This document shows, in pieces, positions 1 through 9,544 of a stretch of 64,000 nucleotides of DNA; the stretch's first letter is position 1; each line of letters opens with the position of its first letter. The stretch comes from Candidatus Saganbacteria bacterium (GTDB taxonomy: Bacteria; Margulisbacteria; WOR-1; XYC2-FULL-46-14; WPAF01), in NCBI GenBank assembly GCA_009772965.1, contig WPAF01000001.1, forward strand, positions 78,639-142,638, given 5' to 3'. The notes beneath the pieces were generated by a model. It was not told the DNA's origin and searched no databases. It worked only from the letters and a program-made list of their open reading frames with translations. The translations under genes and the position numbers were made by a program.

Positions 1-697
1 CGATACGATTGATCGCCAACAAGCACGCAGCAGCAACATCGCCAGCATAAATAAAATCTCTTAGAGTATCTCCTGACCCCCAAATTTCTAAAGGATTTTG
101 ACGCTTCGCCACCTTACAAACCAAGGCAGGCAAAACATGACAGGTCGCTGGATTAAAATCTCCATATTCCCCATAAACAGCGGTAGGCCGAAAGACAATT
201 GTAGACATTTTTCGTTCAAGTTTAGTAGCATACATTTTGCACATTATTTCAAGATATCTATTCATCCATCCTACTGCAAAATTAGAATTACAAGGATCAC
301 CCAAAAACATCTCTTCTTCTTTTGCCGGTCGATCTAAAGGAGGATACCCTGTAGCACTACTCAACCAAACTATTTTTTTAACTCCCGCTTCATAAGCGGC
401 TTCCATCATCTGAAAATTCATCGTAAGATTAGCTATTGCAAAAGAGAGATTTTTGGGCCGGCGATCAATTTTAGCTGCAAACATTATTGCAAAATCAATC
501 TCTTTGACCACTTCTTTGCACTGCTCCATCCGGCTTAAATCTGCAGAAACAAAAGAAATATTTTTTCCTCTGATCCGAAGCTCTTTTCCAAAATCTACAG
601 CTCTAACCAAATAATCATCTTGATTGGTTAATCTCAAAAGAATATGCGAACCAATCAATCCGGCAGCACCAGTTATTAATATGCGTTTAGCGCACAT
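1..697 (-). CDS. NAD-dependent epimerase/reductase, GDP-L-fucose synthase-like (C-terminus runs off the window start)
   Basis: Reverse-strand translation from the ATG at 695-697 gives MCAKRILITGAAGLIGSHI... (Rossmann GxxGxxG) and later VYGEYGDFNPATCHVLPALV, which resembles the Fcl/GMER motif. The start overlaps the stop of the upstream SDR gene by 1 nt. Not in the ORF track because it is truncated by the window edge. Confidence 0.6.
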   Translation of the reverse strand, partial: MCAKRILITGAAGLIGSHILLRLTNQDDYLVRAVDFGKELRIRGKNISFVSADLSRMEQCKEVVKEIDFAIMFAAKIDRRPKNLSFAIANLTMNFQMMEAAYEAGVKKIVWLSSATGYPPLDRPAKEEEMFLGDPCNSNFAVGWMNRYLEIMCKMYATKLERKMSTIVFRPTAVYGEYGDFNPATCHVLPALVCKVAKRQNPLEIWGSGDTLRDFIYAGDVAAACLLAINRI

Positions 698-1479
698 TAA
701 AACGCTTTCCCTTCGCCGCCATCCACCGTAATGGTAGCGCCGTTAACCAAACTCGCCTTTTCAGAACAAATAAAAGCCACTACATGGGCAACTTCTTCTG
801 GTGTACCCGGCCGACCCAAAGGGAACTGTTTGTCAGCTAACCTTTTAAACCCTTCAGGATCTTTTTTTCGCGCCTCATCCCACCCCGTATCTGGGATCAT
901 TATGGTTCCGGGCACGATAGTATTAAAAGTTATCCCATCTCTTGCCAATTCGGGCTTTGACGACAAAGTTTTCATGATAGCAATCTCTGAGGATTTGGCC
1001 GCAGAATACCAAGGGCGGCCACCTGTCTCTCGTCCGCATAAAGAACTTATAGTTACAACTCGTCCCCATTTTTGCTTTCGCATATAGGGAAGCGCTTTAA
1101 CCGTAAAACGGGCAGCAGCTAAAGCATTTTTGCTAAACACCTCTTGCCAAACTTTATCATCAGTTTCTTCAATGCTCTCTTTCCCCCATCGCCCACCACC
1201 ACCGACATTGTTAATTAAAATGTGAATAGTCCCCAATTGCCGTATAAAATGTTCCATAATATTTTCTATATCCGCAAGCACCATGGCATCACCAATAAGA
1301 CCCAAAGCTTTTACCCCTTTGGCTTCAATTTCTTTCTTAACCGCATTTACTAATTCCGGTCTGCGTGCACATATTCCGACATTGCATCCTTCTTCTGCCA
1401 GTGCCAGGGCAATAGCTCTCCCAATGCCATGACTTCCGCCAGTCACTAATGCATTTTTCCCCTTCAGCGCAAGCTCCAT
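697..1479 (-). CDS. SDR-family oxidoreductase (3-oxoacyl-ACP reductase-like)
   Basis: 260 aa. N-terminal ALVTGGSHGIGRAIA cofactor motif and a catalytic YSAAK (YxxxK) motif. Confidence 0.8.
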   Translation of the reverse strand: MELALKGKNALVTGGSHGIGRAIALALAEEGCNVGICARRPELVNAVKKEIEAKGVKALGLIGDAMVLADIENIMEHFIRQLGTIHILINNVGGGGRWGKESIEETDDKVWQEVFSKNALAAARFTVKALPYMRKQKWGRVVTISSLCGRETGGRPWYSAAKSSEIAIMKTLSSKPELARDGITFNTIVPGTIMIPDTGWDEARKKDPEGFKRLADKQFPLGRPGTPEEVAHVVAFICSEKASLVNGATITVDGGEGKAF

Positions 1480-1543
1480 ATAATCTCCTTAGTTTTTCAT
1501 TCCAACAAACACTTTACCGCAAAAAAGTGGTTTATTAAACTTT

Positions 1544-2584
1544 TTAAAATGGTCCTTTAAATCTATTTTCATGGCTATAGAAAGACTCTCCAGTCAAATC
1601 CATTGGTTCAAGACCAAGTTTTTTTTCAACCGACCTTATTATAGTTACAGCATTAGGATAGAAACAATTTTCTAAATGTCTTGCTGTCGGACAAGGTGTA
1701 TGCGCAAATCCAATCCGCTCAATAGGAGATTTTAGAACGCCAAAACACTTTTCGTAAATTTTGGTTGCAATTTCCGCGCTCACACCGAAATCCACCCAAT
1801 CATTATCTGCTATTATACAATGACCTGTTTTTTTGACGGATTTAATAATAATCTCATCATTTAAAGGAGCGATAGTCCTAGGATCAACAACTTCTACGCT
1901 TATACCAATTTTTTCCAAAACATCAGCAGCCTTAACAGCTTCAACATTCATCCATGAAGTGGCAACAATGGTTATATCTTTTCCTTTCTTCAAAATATTC
2001 GCTTCGCCAATTGGTATGCTGTAAGGTTCCTCAGGAACATCTCCAACTTGCCAATATAACCATCTATGCTCAATAAGAATAACTGGATTATCATCACGAA
2101 TTGCTGCAATAAGCAGTCCTTTTGCATCTTTAGGAGTAGTGGGAAGAACCACCTTCAAACCTGGGATATGGGCAAAGGTTGAAAACATGCTTTTGCTGTG
2201 TTGAAATGATTGTCCCCACCCCCTGCCAACCACAGCTCTAATAACCAAGGGCACTTTTAATGTTCCTCCAGTCCCGTATCTATAGCAAGAAATCATGTTT
2301 GCAAGTTGATTTATTGCCAAAAGCAAAAAGTCAACGCGAATATGAACATGTATTGGCCTCATTTTATTAATTGCAGCACCCAATCCAAAGCCAGTCATAG
2401 CATCTTCAGAAATAGGCGTGTCAAAGCATCTTTCTTTCCCAAACTTCTTTAATAGCCCAACCGTACTTCCAAACACACCCACATGGTCAGGAACACCTAT
2501 CCCATAAACAAAAATATTCGAATCTCGCTCCATTTCCTGCAACATTGCTTCATTCAGTGCTTCACAATAAGTAATATTCCTCAT
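1544..2584 (-). CDS. ThDP-dependent 2-oxoacid dehydrogenase E1 beta-like subunit (transketolase pyrimidine-binding + C-terminal domains), pair 1
   Basis: 346 aa with a PDH/acetoin-DH E1beta-like sequence (e.g. ...DTPISEDAMTGFGLGAA...). Overlaps the E1alpha stop by 4 nt. Confidence 0.8.
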   Translation of the reverse strand: MRNITYCEALNEAMLQEMERDSNIFVYGIGVPDHVGVFGSTVGLLKKFGKERCFDTPISEDAMTGFGLGAAINKMRPIHVHIRVDFLLLAINQLANMISCYRYGTGGTLKVPLVIRAVVGRGWGQSFQHSKSMFSTFAHIPGLKVVLPTTPKDAKGLLIAAIRDDNPVILIEHRWLYWQVGDVPEEPYSIPIGEANILKKGKDITIVATSWMNVEAVKAADVLEKIGISVEVVDPRTIAPLNDEIIIKSVKKTGHCIIADNDWVDFGVSAEIATKIYEKCFGVLKSPIERIGFAHTPCPTARHLENCFYPNAVTIIRSVEKKLGLEPMDLTGESFYSHENRFKGPF

Positions 2585-3552
2585 ATAACAGCCTCATTGT
2601 CACTAAATATATCTTTATACAATTCAGATTCGTCTGCAAAAGGGGCTTTCTTGGCTAAAAATATGCTCTTCTCGATTTTTTTATCAATTTGAAGCTCAAT
2701 TATTTCCAATTCTTTTCCATATCCTAATGCTAGCAATTTACTTTTTTGTAATTTTATAGGATCTCTTTTAGCCCAATCTATATATTCATTTTTTGAACGG
2801 TAACCAATATTAAAATCCTCATTAATCCCCACATGCTCAAGATACCTATAATATTTCAAATGAAGAAAACAAGGCATTTGATTTTCTTCATTCAATTTAA
2901 TTGCTTTTAAAACTAACTTATAAATTGTTTCAGCATCAGTTGATTCCTCTTTTAAAACATTGCACTTAAACTTACCAACAATGTCTGTTATTGAATCATA
3001 TCCATGCCTTTCAGATTCTGAAGTGTGAACAGCAAGCCCATTATCTTCACAAACAAACAAAACTGGTATTTTCATAAGGCAAGCAAGGTTTAAGCTTTCC
3101 CAAAAAGTACCTTCTTCAATAGCGCCATCGCCAAAAAACACGGCAACCATTTTTTTGTTTTTCAGTCTTAAATTTGCAAAAGCAGCTCCAACAGCAACTG
3201 AAATATGACTAGCCACAATTGCAGATGCTCCCATAAAACCTCTATTAGGATCACATAAATGCATTGATCCGCTTTTTCCTTTTTGCATCGAAGACACTTT
3301 CCCACACATTTCAGCAAAGAAATTATCAGTGTTTTCAGTTTTTGCCAAATATAAGGCATGAGATCGATAAGTACCAAAAACCTGATCATCATGACTTAAG
3401 GCATGACAAACCCCAACTACAATAGCTTCTTCTCCCATAGACATATGCATAGGAGTTTTCATCTCATTTTCAGGATATAATCTACGAATTTCTTCTTCCG
3501 ATTTTCTTATAAGATATAGCTTTCTATAAATATCCATACTTAAATTTGACAT
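2581..3552 (-). CDS. ThDP-dependent 2-oxoacid dehydrogenase E1 alpha-like subunit, pair 1
   Basis: 323 aa. ThDP-binding GDGAIEEG...NN/EDNG motif (FFGDGAIEEGTFWESLN...CEDNGLAVHT) and YRSH motif. Confidence 0.8.
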   Translation of the reverse strand: MSNLSMDIYRKLYLIRKSEEEIRRLYPENEMKTPMHMSMGEEAIVVGVCHALSHDDQVFGTYRSHALYLAKTENTDNFFAEMCGKVSSMQKGKSGSMHLCDPNRGFMGASAIVASHISVAVGAAFANLRLKNKKMVAVFFGDGAIEEGTFWESLNLACLMKIPVLFVCEDNGLAVHTSESERHGYDSITDIVGKFKCNVLKEESTDAETIYKLVLKAIKLNEENQMPCFLHLKYYRYLEHVGINEDFNIGYRSKNEYIDWAKRDPIKLQKSKLLALGYGKELEIIELQIDKKIEKSIFLAKKAPFADESELYKDIFSDNEAVI

Positions 3553-3572
3553 TATCTACTCTTCCTTAGGAA

Positions 3573-5579
3573 TTATCCATTTTGCTCTGTTTCGTTTTCA
3601 ATTTTAGGCTCACTGTTTGATTCCAAACATTCATTCAAATAAGCTCCCTTTTTTGTCCCATACCAGACAACTTCCCGGCACCATTCTTCCCATGTTTTCC
3701 GCTTGTTTTTGTCCCTATCGATCTGGTATTGGCATTTTCTCTTTTCCAAATGAATTTTTTCTCCATTTAGAGTTTTACGGTAAATATCATAAATGTTGTA
3801 ATCAAGGGTTATTTCTTCTTTCTCATTCGTAAAAGGCAATTTAATAAGCGCATTATTCAGCCGAATAGAATCGCCCAATAATCCATCCGGCAATTCTATT
3901 CGCTTGTTTTTTATGTATTCTTCGATGGCATCACTAGCTTCGTCATAGAACTGTTGCAAACCATTCTCATAACAAAGTTTTATAAAAACGTATTCATCAA
4001 CCGGCCACCAAATATTAAGCCACTCTTCGGAAGCAATATATTCATTGCTGCCCTGCTGGATTTCTTTCGCTTTTTTGATAAATGTTTCGTTTATTTCTGC
4101 TATCCTTTTTCGCTCACTGGTGTTTTTCATAAATATTTCAATCAACTCGCGATAGCTCACTTCTGCAACTTGATTCATTATAACAAAAACAAGCTGCATC
4201 AATTTATTAAAATGCAACAAAGATGTCACCCAGCAAAACACTCTGGCTTTTACCCATTCTTTTGCAGGCATCGTTTTCGTCCCCACAACAAGATATTGTT
4301 TTTCAGATATTTCCGAATGAACACTAATGCTTGTATGGTGCGGCGTATTAATAGATTCCACAATTTGCATGCCGTATTTAGATTGGTAGTCGGGATGGGA
4401 CATCTCCGTGTTATTTAAAATCGATAAATTAATAAACTGAATTCGATTATGCTGTCCGCTGCCAATCACACTTGCCACGCCTTCCGTAAAACTTTCATAG
4501 CTCTCGTTAGGCAACGCCAAAATCATGTCGCTGAAAGTAGATATATTATTTTTTGCAAACATTTTTTGCAGGTCTGCGTACGTCTTATTGTTTATGTTGC
4601 TACGATTGATGCTCTCTAATGTTTCTTGGTTCACAGATTGAAGCGCTAGGTTCACTCCTTTCTGTAGTCCGGAATCATTCAATATTTTTTGTATTTCAAA
4701 AATGCTTGCAGTAGAATTCTTGGTGTTTTGCACCGAAAAAGCCTCGGGATAACCATACTTTTCCTTGTTTTCCGCAACTTTTTTCGCTATTGCCATATCC
4801 CTTTTTAAAATTCCAAAATTAGCATCACAGCAGAAAACAAATTGAATTTTATTTTTGCTTATCCAATCAATTTCACAAAAAACCCGGTCTTGCGGAAATT
4901 GGAGAACTTTATTCCTTGTTTTATCTCCCCAGTAACAGTAGGAACAAGAAAAAGGGCATCCACGATTTGTTTCAATCAAAGCCGACCATTTTACATTGGG
5001 ATTAGCAGCCAATAAAGGATCAAAAGTCCCTTCCAAGTAGGGAGACGGGATCTCATTCAAGTCCTCTATTCTCTCCGAGGCACCATTAAAACAAAAAAGA
5101 CCTTCTTTGCCAAGAAAACCTATGGAAGGCACATTGTCCCATGAACGCTGCCTCGCACTCTCCAGAATTTTTAAAAATATTATTTCGCCTTCACCGTAAC
5201 AACCAATATCAATATATCTATGCTTCTTTAGAAATGTTTCCATTTCTTCCTTATTTTCAGGCACCTCGGGTCCCCCAAAAACAATTCTGCACTTCGGCGC
5301 ATTTAACTTGACTCTCTTTGCAATCTCAAGACTATTTTGATAATTCCAATTATAAACGCTAAAAAATATTATATCTGCAGATAAAAGATCTTTTACTTCC
5401 CTATCTATATCATCCTTTTTATAAATTGGCAGGAGAAAACAATAGTTTTCAGGGTTTTTCAGTTTCTTTTGGGCGTAGGATTGCAAAAGACCTATCGAAT
5501 ACGGCAGATAATACTGATCTCCGAATTTGTCGCCAATCTGAACCAATCCTACTGTTGTTTTACTGCTATTTTTATTCAT
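3573..5579 (-). CDS. B12-binding domain radical SAM enzyme (class B-like), long form
   Basis: 668 aa. CxxxCxxC cluster motif RGCPFSCSYCYW preceded by an N-terminal B12-binding-like domain; about 250-aa C-terminal extension. Confidence 0.75.
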   Translation of the reverse strand: MNKNSSKTTVGLVQIGDKFGDQYYLPYSIGLLQSYAQKKLKNPENYCFLLPIYKKDDIDREVKDLLSADIIFFSVYNWNYQNSLEIAKRVKLNAPKCRIVFGGPEVPENKEEMETFLKKHRYIDIGCYGEGEIIFLKILESARQRSWDNVPSIGFLGKEGLFCFNGASERIEDLNEIPSPYLEGTFDPLLAANPNVKWSALIETNRGCPFSCSYCYWGDKTRNKVLQFPQDRVFCEIDWISKNKIQFVFCCDANFGILKRDMAIAKKVAENKEKYGYPEAFSVQNTKNSTASIFEIQKILNDSGLQKGVNLALQSVNQETLESINRSNINNKTYADLQKMFAKNNISTFSDMILALPNESYESFTEGVASVIGSGQHNRIQFINLSILNNTEMSHPDYQSKYGMQIVESINTPHHTSISVHSEISEKQYLVVGTKTMPAKEWVKARVFCWVTSLLHFNKLMQLVFVIMNQVAEVSYRELIEIFMKNTSERKRIAEINETFIKKAKEIQQGSNEYIASEEWLNIWWPVDEYVFIKLCYENGLQQFYDEASDAIEEYIKNKRIELPDGLLGDSIRLNNALIKLPFTNEKEEITLDYNIYDIYRKTLNGEKIHLEKRKCQYQIDRDKNKRKTWEEWCREVVWYGTKKGAYLNECLESNSEPKIENETEQNG

Positions 5580-6571
5580 ATTTTTGCAACAAAATAACTC
5601 TTTTTATTCTTATATTCCTTGGGATTTTGAATAAACCATTCCCAAGTTTTTTTTAACCCTTCCTTAAGAGTTGTTTTTGGGCGATAATTTATGCTTTTCT
5701 CAGCTAAAGATATATCCATTATTCTTTTATTTGCTCCTGTTGGCATACTTGCATCAAAAATATACTTAAAATCAATAATTGAAGCCAACGTTTCCATTAG
5801 CTCTTTAATTGAAATAGGTTTACCGCTTCCGAGGTTTACAAAGCCGGAAGGAGTTCCATAGTATAATGCTTGTATAATACCTTCAGCCACATCACGGCTA
5901 TAAACAAAATCTCTAATTGCACTCCCATTACCCCAGACAACCAGCGGCTGTTCCTTGTGCAGTATGCGATAAAGCAAAGAAGGGATAACCAAGGAATTCG
6001 CGGGATCAAAATTGTCTCCCGGCCCATAGACGTTGGATGGCCTGACGATCGCAAAATTATCCAGACCGTGCTCCTCTCCATATGCAAAGATCTGCGCCTC
6101 CGCCATTCTTTTTGCCCAGCCCGCAAAATCCATTGGATTGCTGTCGATCCGATATTCAGATTCCTTAAATATTTCCGCAGGAGCATAAGCGCCAACCGAA
6201 CTCGTGTATACTATTTTTTTGACTTTATTGAGCCGACAGGCCTCCAGGACATTGCTGTTCATCATCAGCATCGGCACAAAATGGCTGGCGGCTTTTTCCT
6301 TAGCAGCTTTAACCGACGCCCCGATCCCGGCAATATGGAAAACAAAGTCCATGTCTTCGGTCAGCTTTTTACAAAGGTCGAAGGAAGTCAGATCTCCGAT
6401 TATATATTCAGCTTTTTTATTCAGCCTGAGGCTATCCAAGGAAACAATCTTCAGGTGGGCCCCGGTGTCTGCCAAAATATCCGCGACTTGCCTACCGATC
6501 AATCCGGTTCCACCAGTGACTAAAATATCTTTTTTATTAAAACTCTCTAAAATATCTTTACTTATCACCAT
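5576..6571 (-). CDS. GDP-L-fucose synthase-like NAD(P)-dependent epimerase/reductase
   Basis: The ORF-track entry is 5576..6622. The likely true start is the internal Met (MVISKDIL...) at 6571, which removes the 50-nt overlap with the upstream gene. [14 protein letters not shown] Rossmann motif and VYGPGDNFDPANSLVIPSLLYRI, which resembles the Fcl/GMER motif. Confidence 0.65.
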   Translation of the reverse strand: MVISKDILESFNKKDILVTGGTGLIGRQVADILADTGAHLKIVSLDSLRLNKKAEYIIGDLTSFDLCKKLTEDMDFVFHIAGIGASVKAAKEKAASHFVPMLMMNSNVLEACRLNKVKKIVYTSSVGAYAPAEIFKESEYRIDSNPMDFAGWAKRMAEAQIFAYGEEHGLDNFAIVRPSNVYGPGDNFDPANSLVIPSLLYRILHKEQPLVVWGNGSAIRDFVYSRDVAEGIIQALYYGTPSGFVNLGSGKPISIKELMETLASIIDFKYIFDASMPTGANKRIMDISLAEKSINYRPKTTLKEGLKKTWEWFIQNPKEYKNKKSYFVAKI

Positions 6572-6572
6572 G

Positions 6573-7631
6573 TCAAAACGGCCCCTTGAACTCTTTATAT
6601 AGCGTCTTCTTATATTCTTCATCCGGCAATGATTGATTATGTTTTTCCTTGCCAGAACAAAGCTGATAAATATTATCTACAATATCTCCCATATCAGCAT
6701 AAAAATGTTTTTCTAACGCCTTTGTCGTCGGACAGGGAGATTTGGCCATCGAAATTTCCTTTAATGGGACTTTTAAACTGTCAGGTGCATTAACAGCAAT
6801 TATTCTCGCCACTTCCGCGCAAACCCCAAAAGAAGCCCAGCTTGTATCAGCCACAATCACTTTTCCAGTTTTTTTAACACTTTCCAATATCATGTCGACA
6901 TCGGGATGCGTCAGGCAATTAATATCTATGATCTCGACTTCTATCCCGGCTTTTTCTTTTACGTATTTTGCCGCCCGCTGTGCTTCTTGCACCATAACGG
7001 AAACAGCAACGATCGTTACGTCGCTTCCTTTTCTGATAAGATATGAGGTAAAAGGATTTTGGTCATCTCTCCGCTCTTTTACTTCAAAACTATAATCGTA
7101 TTGCAATCGATGTTCGAAGGATATCACCGGAGATTTATATTCATTTACAGCATATCGGTAACAATCCATAATGCTCTGCGCCGCCGACGGCATAATGACT
7201 GTCAATCCGGGAACATGAGAAAAAAGAGATTGCAGGCTTTGTGAATGCTGCGCCCCTTGCCCCCAACTTCGCCCGATCACTCCGCGAACCAGCATCGGCA
7301 CGGTAAAACAGCCACCGTACATATATTTGTACTTGGCGGCAGAATTAACCAGCTGGTTCATCGCTAACAGCATGAAATCATTCCTGATATGCGTGTGGAT
7401 GGGATAATAACCGCTCAGAGCCAGCCCAATGCCTAAACCAGTCATGGCATCCTCGGAGATCGGCGTATCGAAGACTCGCTCTTTGCCAAATTCTTTTTCC
7501 AGCCCAAGCGTCGTACCGAATATCCCCGTATGGTCAGTTACGCCAAGTCCGTAAAGCACGGTTTTAGGATTATCTCTTAGTGCCTCACGCATTGCTTTTG
7601 CCAGCGCTTGCCTGTAAGTCATTGTTGCCAT
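6573..7631 (-). CDS. ThDP-dependent 2-oxoacid dehydrogenase E1 beta-like subunit, pair 2
   Basis: 352 aa, paralogous to 1544..2584 (..DTPISEDAMTGLGIGLA..). Confidence 0.8.
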   Translation of the reverse strand: MATMTYRQALAKAMREALRDNPKTVLYGLGVTDHTGIFGTTLGLEKEFGKERVFDTPISEDAMTGLGIGLALSGYYPIHTHIRNDFMLLAMNQLVNSAAKYKYMYGGCFTVPMLVRGVIGRSWGQGAQHSQSLQSLFSHVPGLTVIMPSAAQSIMDCYRYAVNEYKSPVISFEHRLQYDYSFEVKERRDDQNPFTSYLIRKGSDVTIVAVSVMVQEAQRAAKYVKEKAGIEVEIIDINCLTHPDVDMILESVKKTGKVIVADTSWASFGVCAEVARIIAVNAPDSLKVPLKEISMAKSPCPTTKALEKHFYADMGDIVDNIYQLCSGKEKHNQSLPDEEYKKTLYKEFKGPF

Positions 7632-8551
7632 TAATAAACGTCCTTCAGAAGCTCTTCCCGCGGCGGAAAACCACTTTTTTCCGCAAAATTTACCGCTTCT
7701 GCTATTTCATTTTCGATCCTTCCCCTGTATTTTTCAATCAGCGCCCTGTTCCCGACCAGTGGATCCCGGCGCATCCATTCTTCCAGTTCTTTTCTCCCTC
7801 TGTAACCTTTATCATAATCCTCAGCAACACCAACATGTCCTTTATACCTATAAGTCATAATCTCAAGAAGGAAGGGTCGTTTAGTGTTTACAATTCCTTC
7901 CCTTATCTTTATTGTTTTTTCAAAAATATTTTCCATATCAAAGCCATCTTCTGCTAAAAAATAATCAATGCCATACGATCCAGCTAATGCTCCAAGTGTG
8001 TATGACTGCCTGATGCAGAGCGGCGCATGGATCGCCAAGCCATTATTCTCAATTACATAAAGTATTGGCAGATTCTTCAAAGAAGAAAAATTCAGGCATT
8101 CGTGAAAAGCCCCCTCTTCAGTCGCGCCATCGCCCGCCAAGGCAACTGCAATCTTAGATTCTTTCTTTAATTTTGCCGCGTAGGCAACGCCCATTGCGTG
8201 AGAAAAAATCGAACCAACTATCGCGGATGATCCCATCGAACCGTTAGCAGGAGAACAAAGATGCATTGATCCGGCTTTGCCCTTTGCCATGCCGGAATGT
8301 TTACCATACAATTCGGCAAACATTGCTTTCAAGTCTCCTCCCTTGGCAAGATAAGGCGCATGGCTTCGGTAGGTTGCAAAGACCATGTCATCCTTTTTCA
8401 GCGCTGCACAGATGGCAACAACATGATGCTCCTGGCCAATGGAGAGATGAACAGGGCTCTGGATCTTATCAGAAGGGTAGATTTCCACGATCTTTTCTTC
8501 AATCATTCTTATCCTGAGAGCCTGATAAAATAATTTTTCGAATGTATCCAT
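7631..8551 (-). CDS. ThDP-dependent 2-oxoacid dehydrogenase E1 alpha-like subunit, pair 2
   Basis: 306 aa; LAGDGATEEGAFHECLN...IENNGLAIH ThDP motif; YRSHAPYLAKG. Confidence 0.8.
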   Translation of the reverse strand: MDTFEKLFYQALRIRMIEEKIVEIYPSDKIQSPVHLSIGQEHHVVAICAALKKDDMVFATYRSHAPYLAKGGDLKAMFAELYGKHSGMAKGKAGSMHLCSPANGSMGSSAIVGSIFSHAMGVAYAAKLKKESKIAVALAGDGATEEGAFHECLNFSSLKNLPILYVIENNGLAIHAPLCIRQSYTLGALAGSYGIDYFLAEDGFDMENIFEKTIKIREGIVNTKRPFLLEIMTYRYKGHVGVAEDYDKGYRGRKELEEWMRRDPLVGNRALIEKYRGRIENEIAEAVNFAEKSGFPPREELLKDVY

Positions 8552-9541
8552 TTAAACTGTTTCCCTGGCGACAGCTTCACGGCAATGGTCTAAGAGATAT
8601 TGAACGCTTTCTTCAAAAGAATATTTCGGCTGCCAGCCAGTCTCTTTTTTGAATTTACTCACGTCCGGAACCTGCAGCGTCACATCCGCAGGGCGCAAAA
8701 GTTTCGGATCGACTTCACTTTTGATCGGCACCCGCGCAAGTTTTTTTAATAACTCCATGAATTCACCTACTTTTATCGTAGTCGGACCGCCGATATTGTA
8801 AACTTCTCCATAACGGCATTTGAGCAACGCTACCCAGTATGATTCCATAGCATCGCGAACATCAATAATGGTCCGTATCGAATCCAGGTTTCCGTGAAGC
8901 AGTATTTTTTGCTGCCCAGCTTCGATCCTGGCGACTTGCATCGTAAAAGAGGTCGCAAAAAGATCTTGCCTCCTTGGATTCAGGTATGCAAACATCCTGG
9001 TTCGTATGATCTTCATCTTATAACTGAGGTAATAGGTATAACCCAGCAGATCCTGCGCTACTTTTGAGACGGCGTAAGGGCTGGAGGGATTGATCGGGCA
9101 ATCTTCTTTGATCGGAACATTCTTCGGGTCAACCTGGCCGTAAACCTCCGAAGTGCTGCAAAGCTGGACAACAGGGTCGAGCTCTGCGATCCTGATCCCT
9201 TCCAGCAGATTTGCTGTCCCCATAATATTGTTGTTCAAGACCGAAAGCGGAGTGATAAAAGAGGCGCGCACATTGGCATGGGAGGCAAGATGGAATATCC
9301 CGTCAGGTTTTACCTGTTTCAAGGTGGAAAGAACAGAACTCAGATCGTTCAGGTCGCATTCATGCACCGTCACATTGTCCCTGATATTACGCAGATTTTC
9401 GTTGGCTGCGGTGCTGTGCCATCTCGATATCCCGTGCACCTCAATTTCGGGGTGATGATTAACTACGTATTCAGCCAGATAGCTTCCGCCTGAACCGGAC
9501 ATCCCCGTAATGATCACTTTTCTTATTTTTCTTTCGCTCAT
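8552..9541 (-). CDS. GDP-mannose 4,6-dehydratase / GDP-6-deoxy-mannose reductase family sugar-nucleotide dehydratase
   Basis: 329 aa; ITGMSGSGGSYLAEYV...HGISR N-terminus and a PYAVSK (YxxxK) motif, as in Gmd/Rmd-type extended SDRs. Confidence 0.6.
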   Translation of the reverse strand: MSERKIRKVIITGMSGSGGSYLAEYVVNHHPEIEVHGISRWHSTAANENLRNIRDNVTVHECDLNDLSSVLSTLKQVKPDGIFHLASHANVRASFITPLSVLNNNIMGTANLLEGIRIAELDPVVQLCSTSEVYGQVDPKNVPIKEDCPINPSSPYAVSKVAQDLLGYTYYLSYKMKIIRTRMFAYLNPRRQDLFATSFTMQVARIEAGQQKILLHGNLDSIRTIIDVRDAMESYWVALLKCRYGEVYNIGGPTTIKVGEFMELLKKLARVPIKSEVDPKLLRPADVTLQVPDVSKFKKETGWQPKYSFEESVQYLLDHCREAVARETV

Positions 9542-9544
9542 AGG

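Noticed and set aside
98-337. 79-aa plus-strand ORF at the window start
   Set aside because: It lies antisense within the minus-strand GDP-fucose-synthase-like gene (1..697), has no motif and has low-complexity composition. Judged a shadow ORF.
1480-1543. tRNA or small RNA in the intergenic gaps (1480-1543, 41809-41948, 44823-44853, 47420-47431)
   Set aside because: The gaps are too short or lack cloverleaf-compatible pairing. The 41809-41948 gap is explained by a promoter instead.
3954-4418. 154-aa plus-strand ORF and similar plus-strand ORFs (731..1087, 5870..6523, 6742..7095, 20273..20620, 40098..40532, 55200..56530, 61938..62861)
   Set aside because: All lie antisense to long, well-supported minus-strand genes with recognisable domains. 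Their translations are Phe/Ile/Ser-rich low-complexity strings typical of AT-rich antisense frames.
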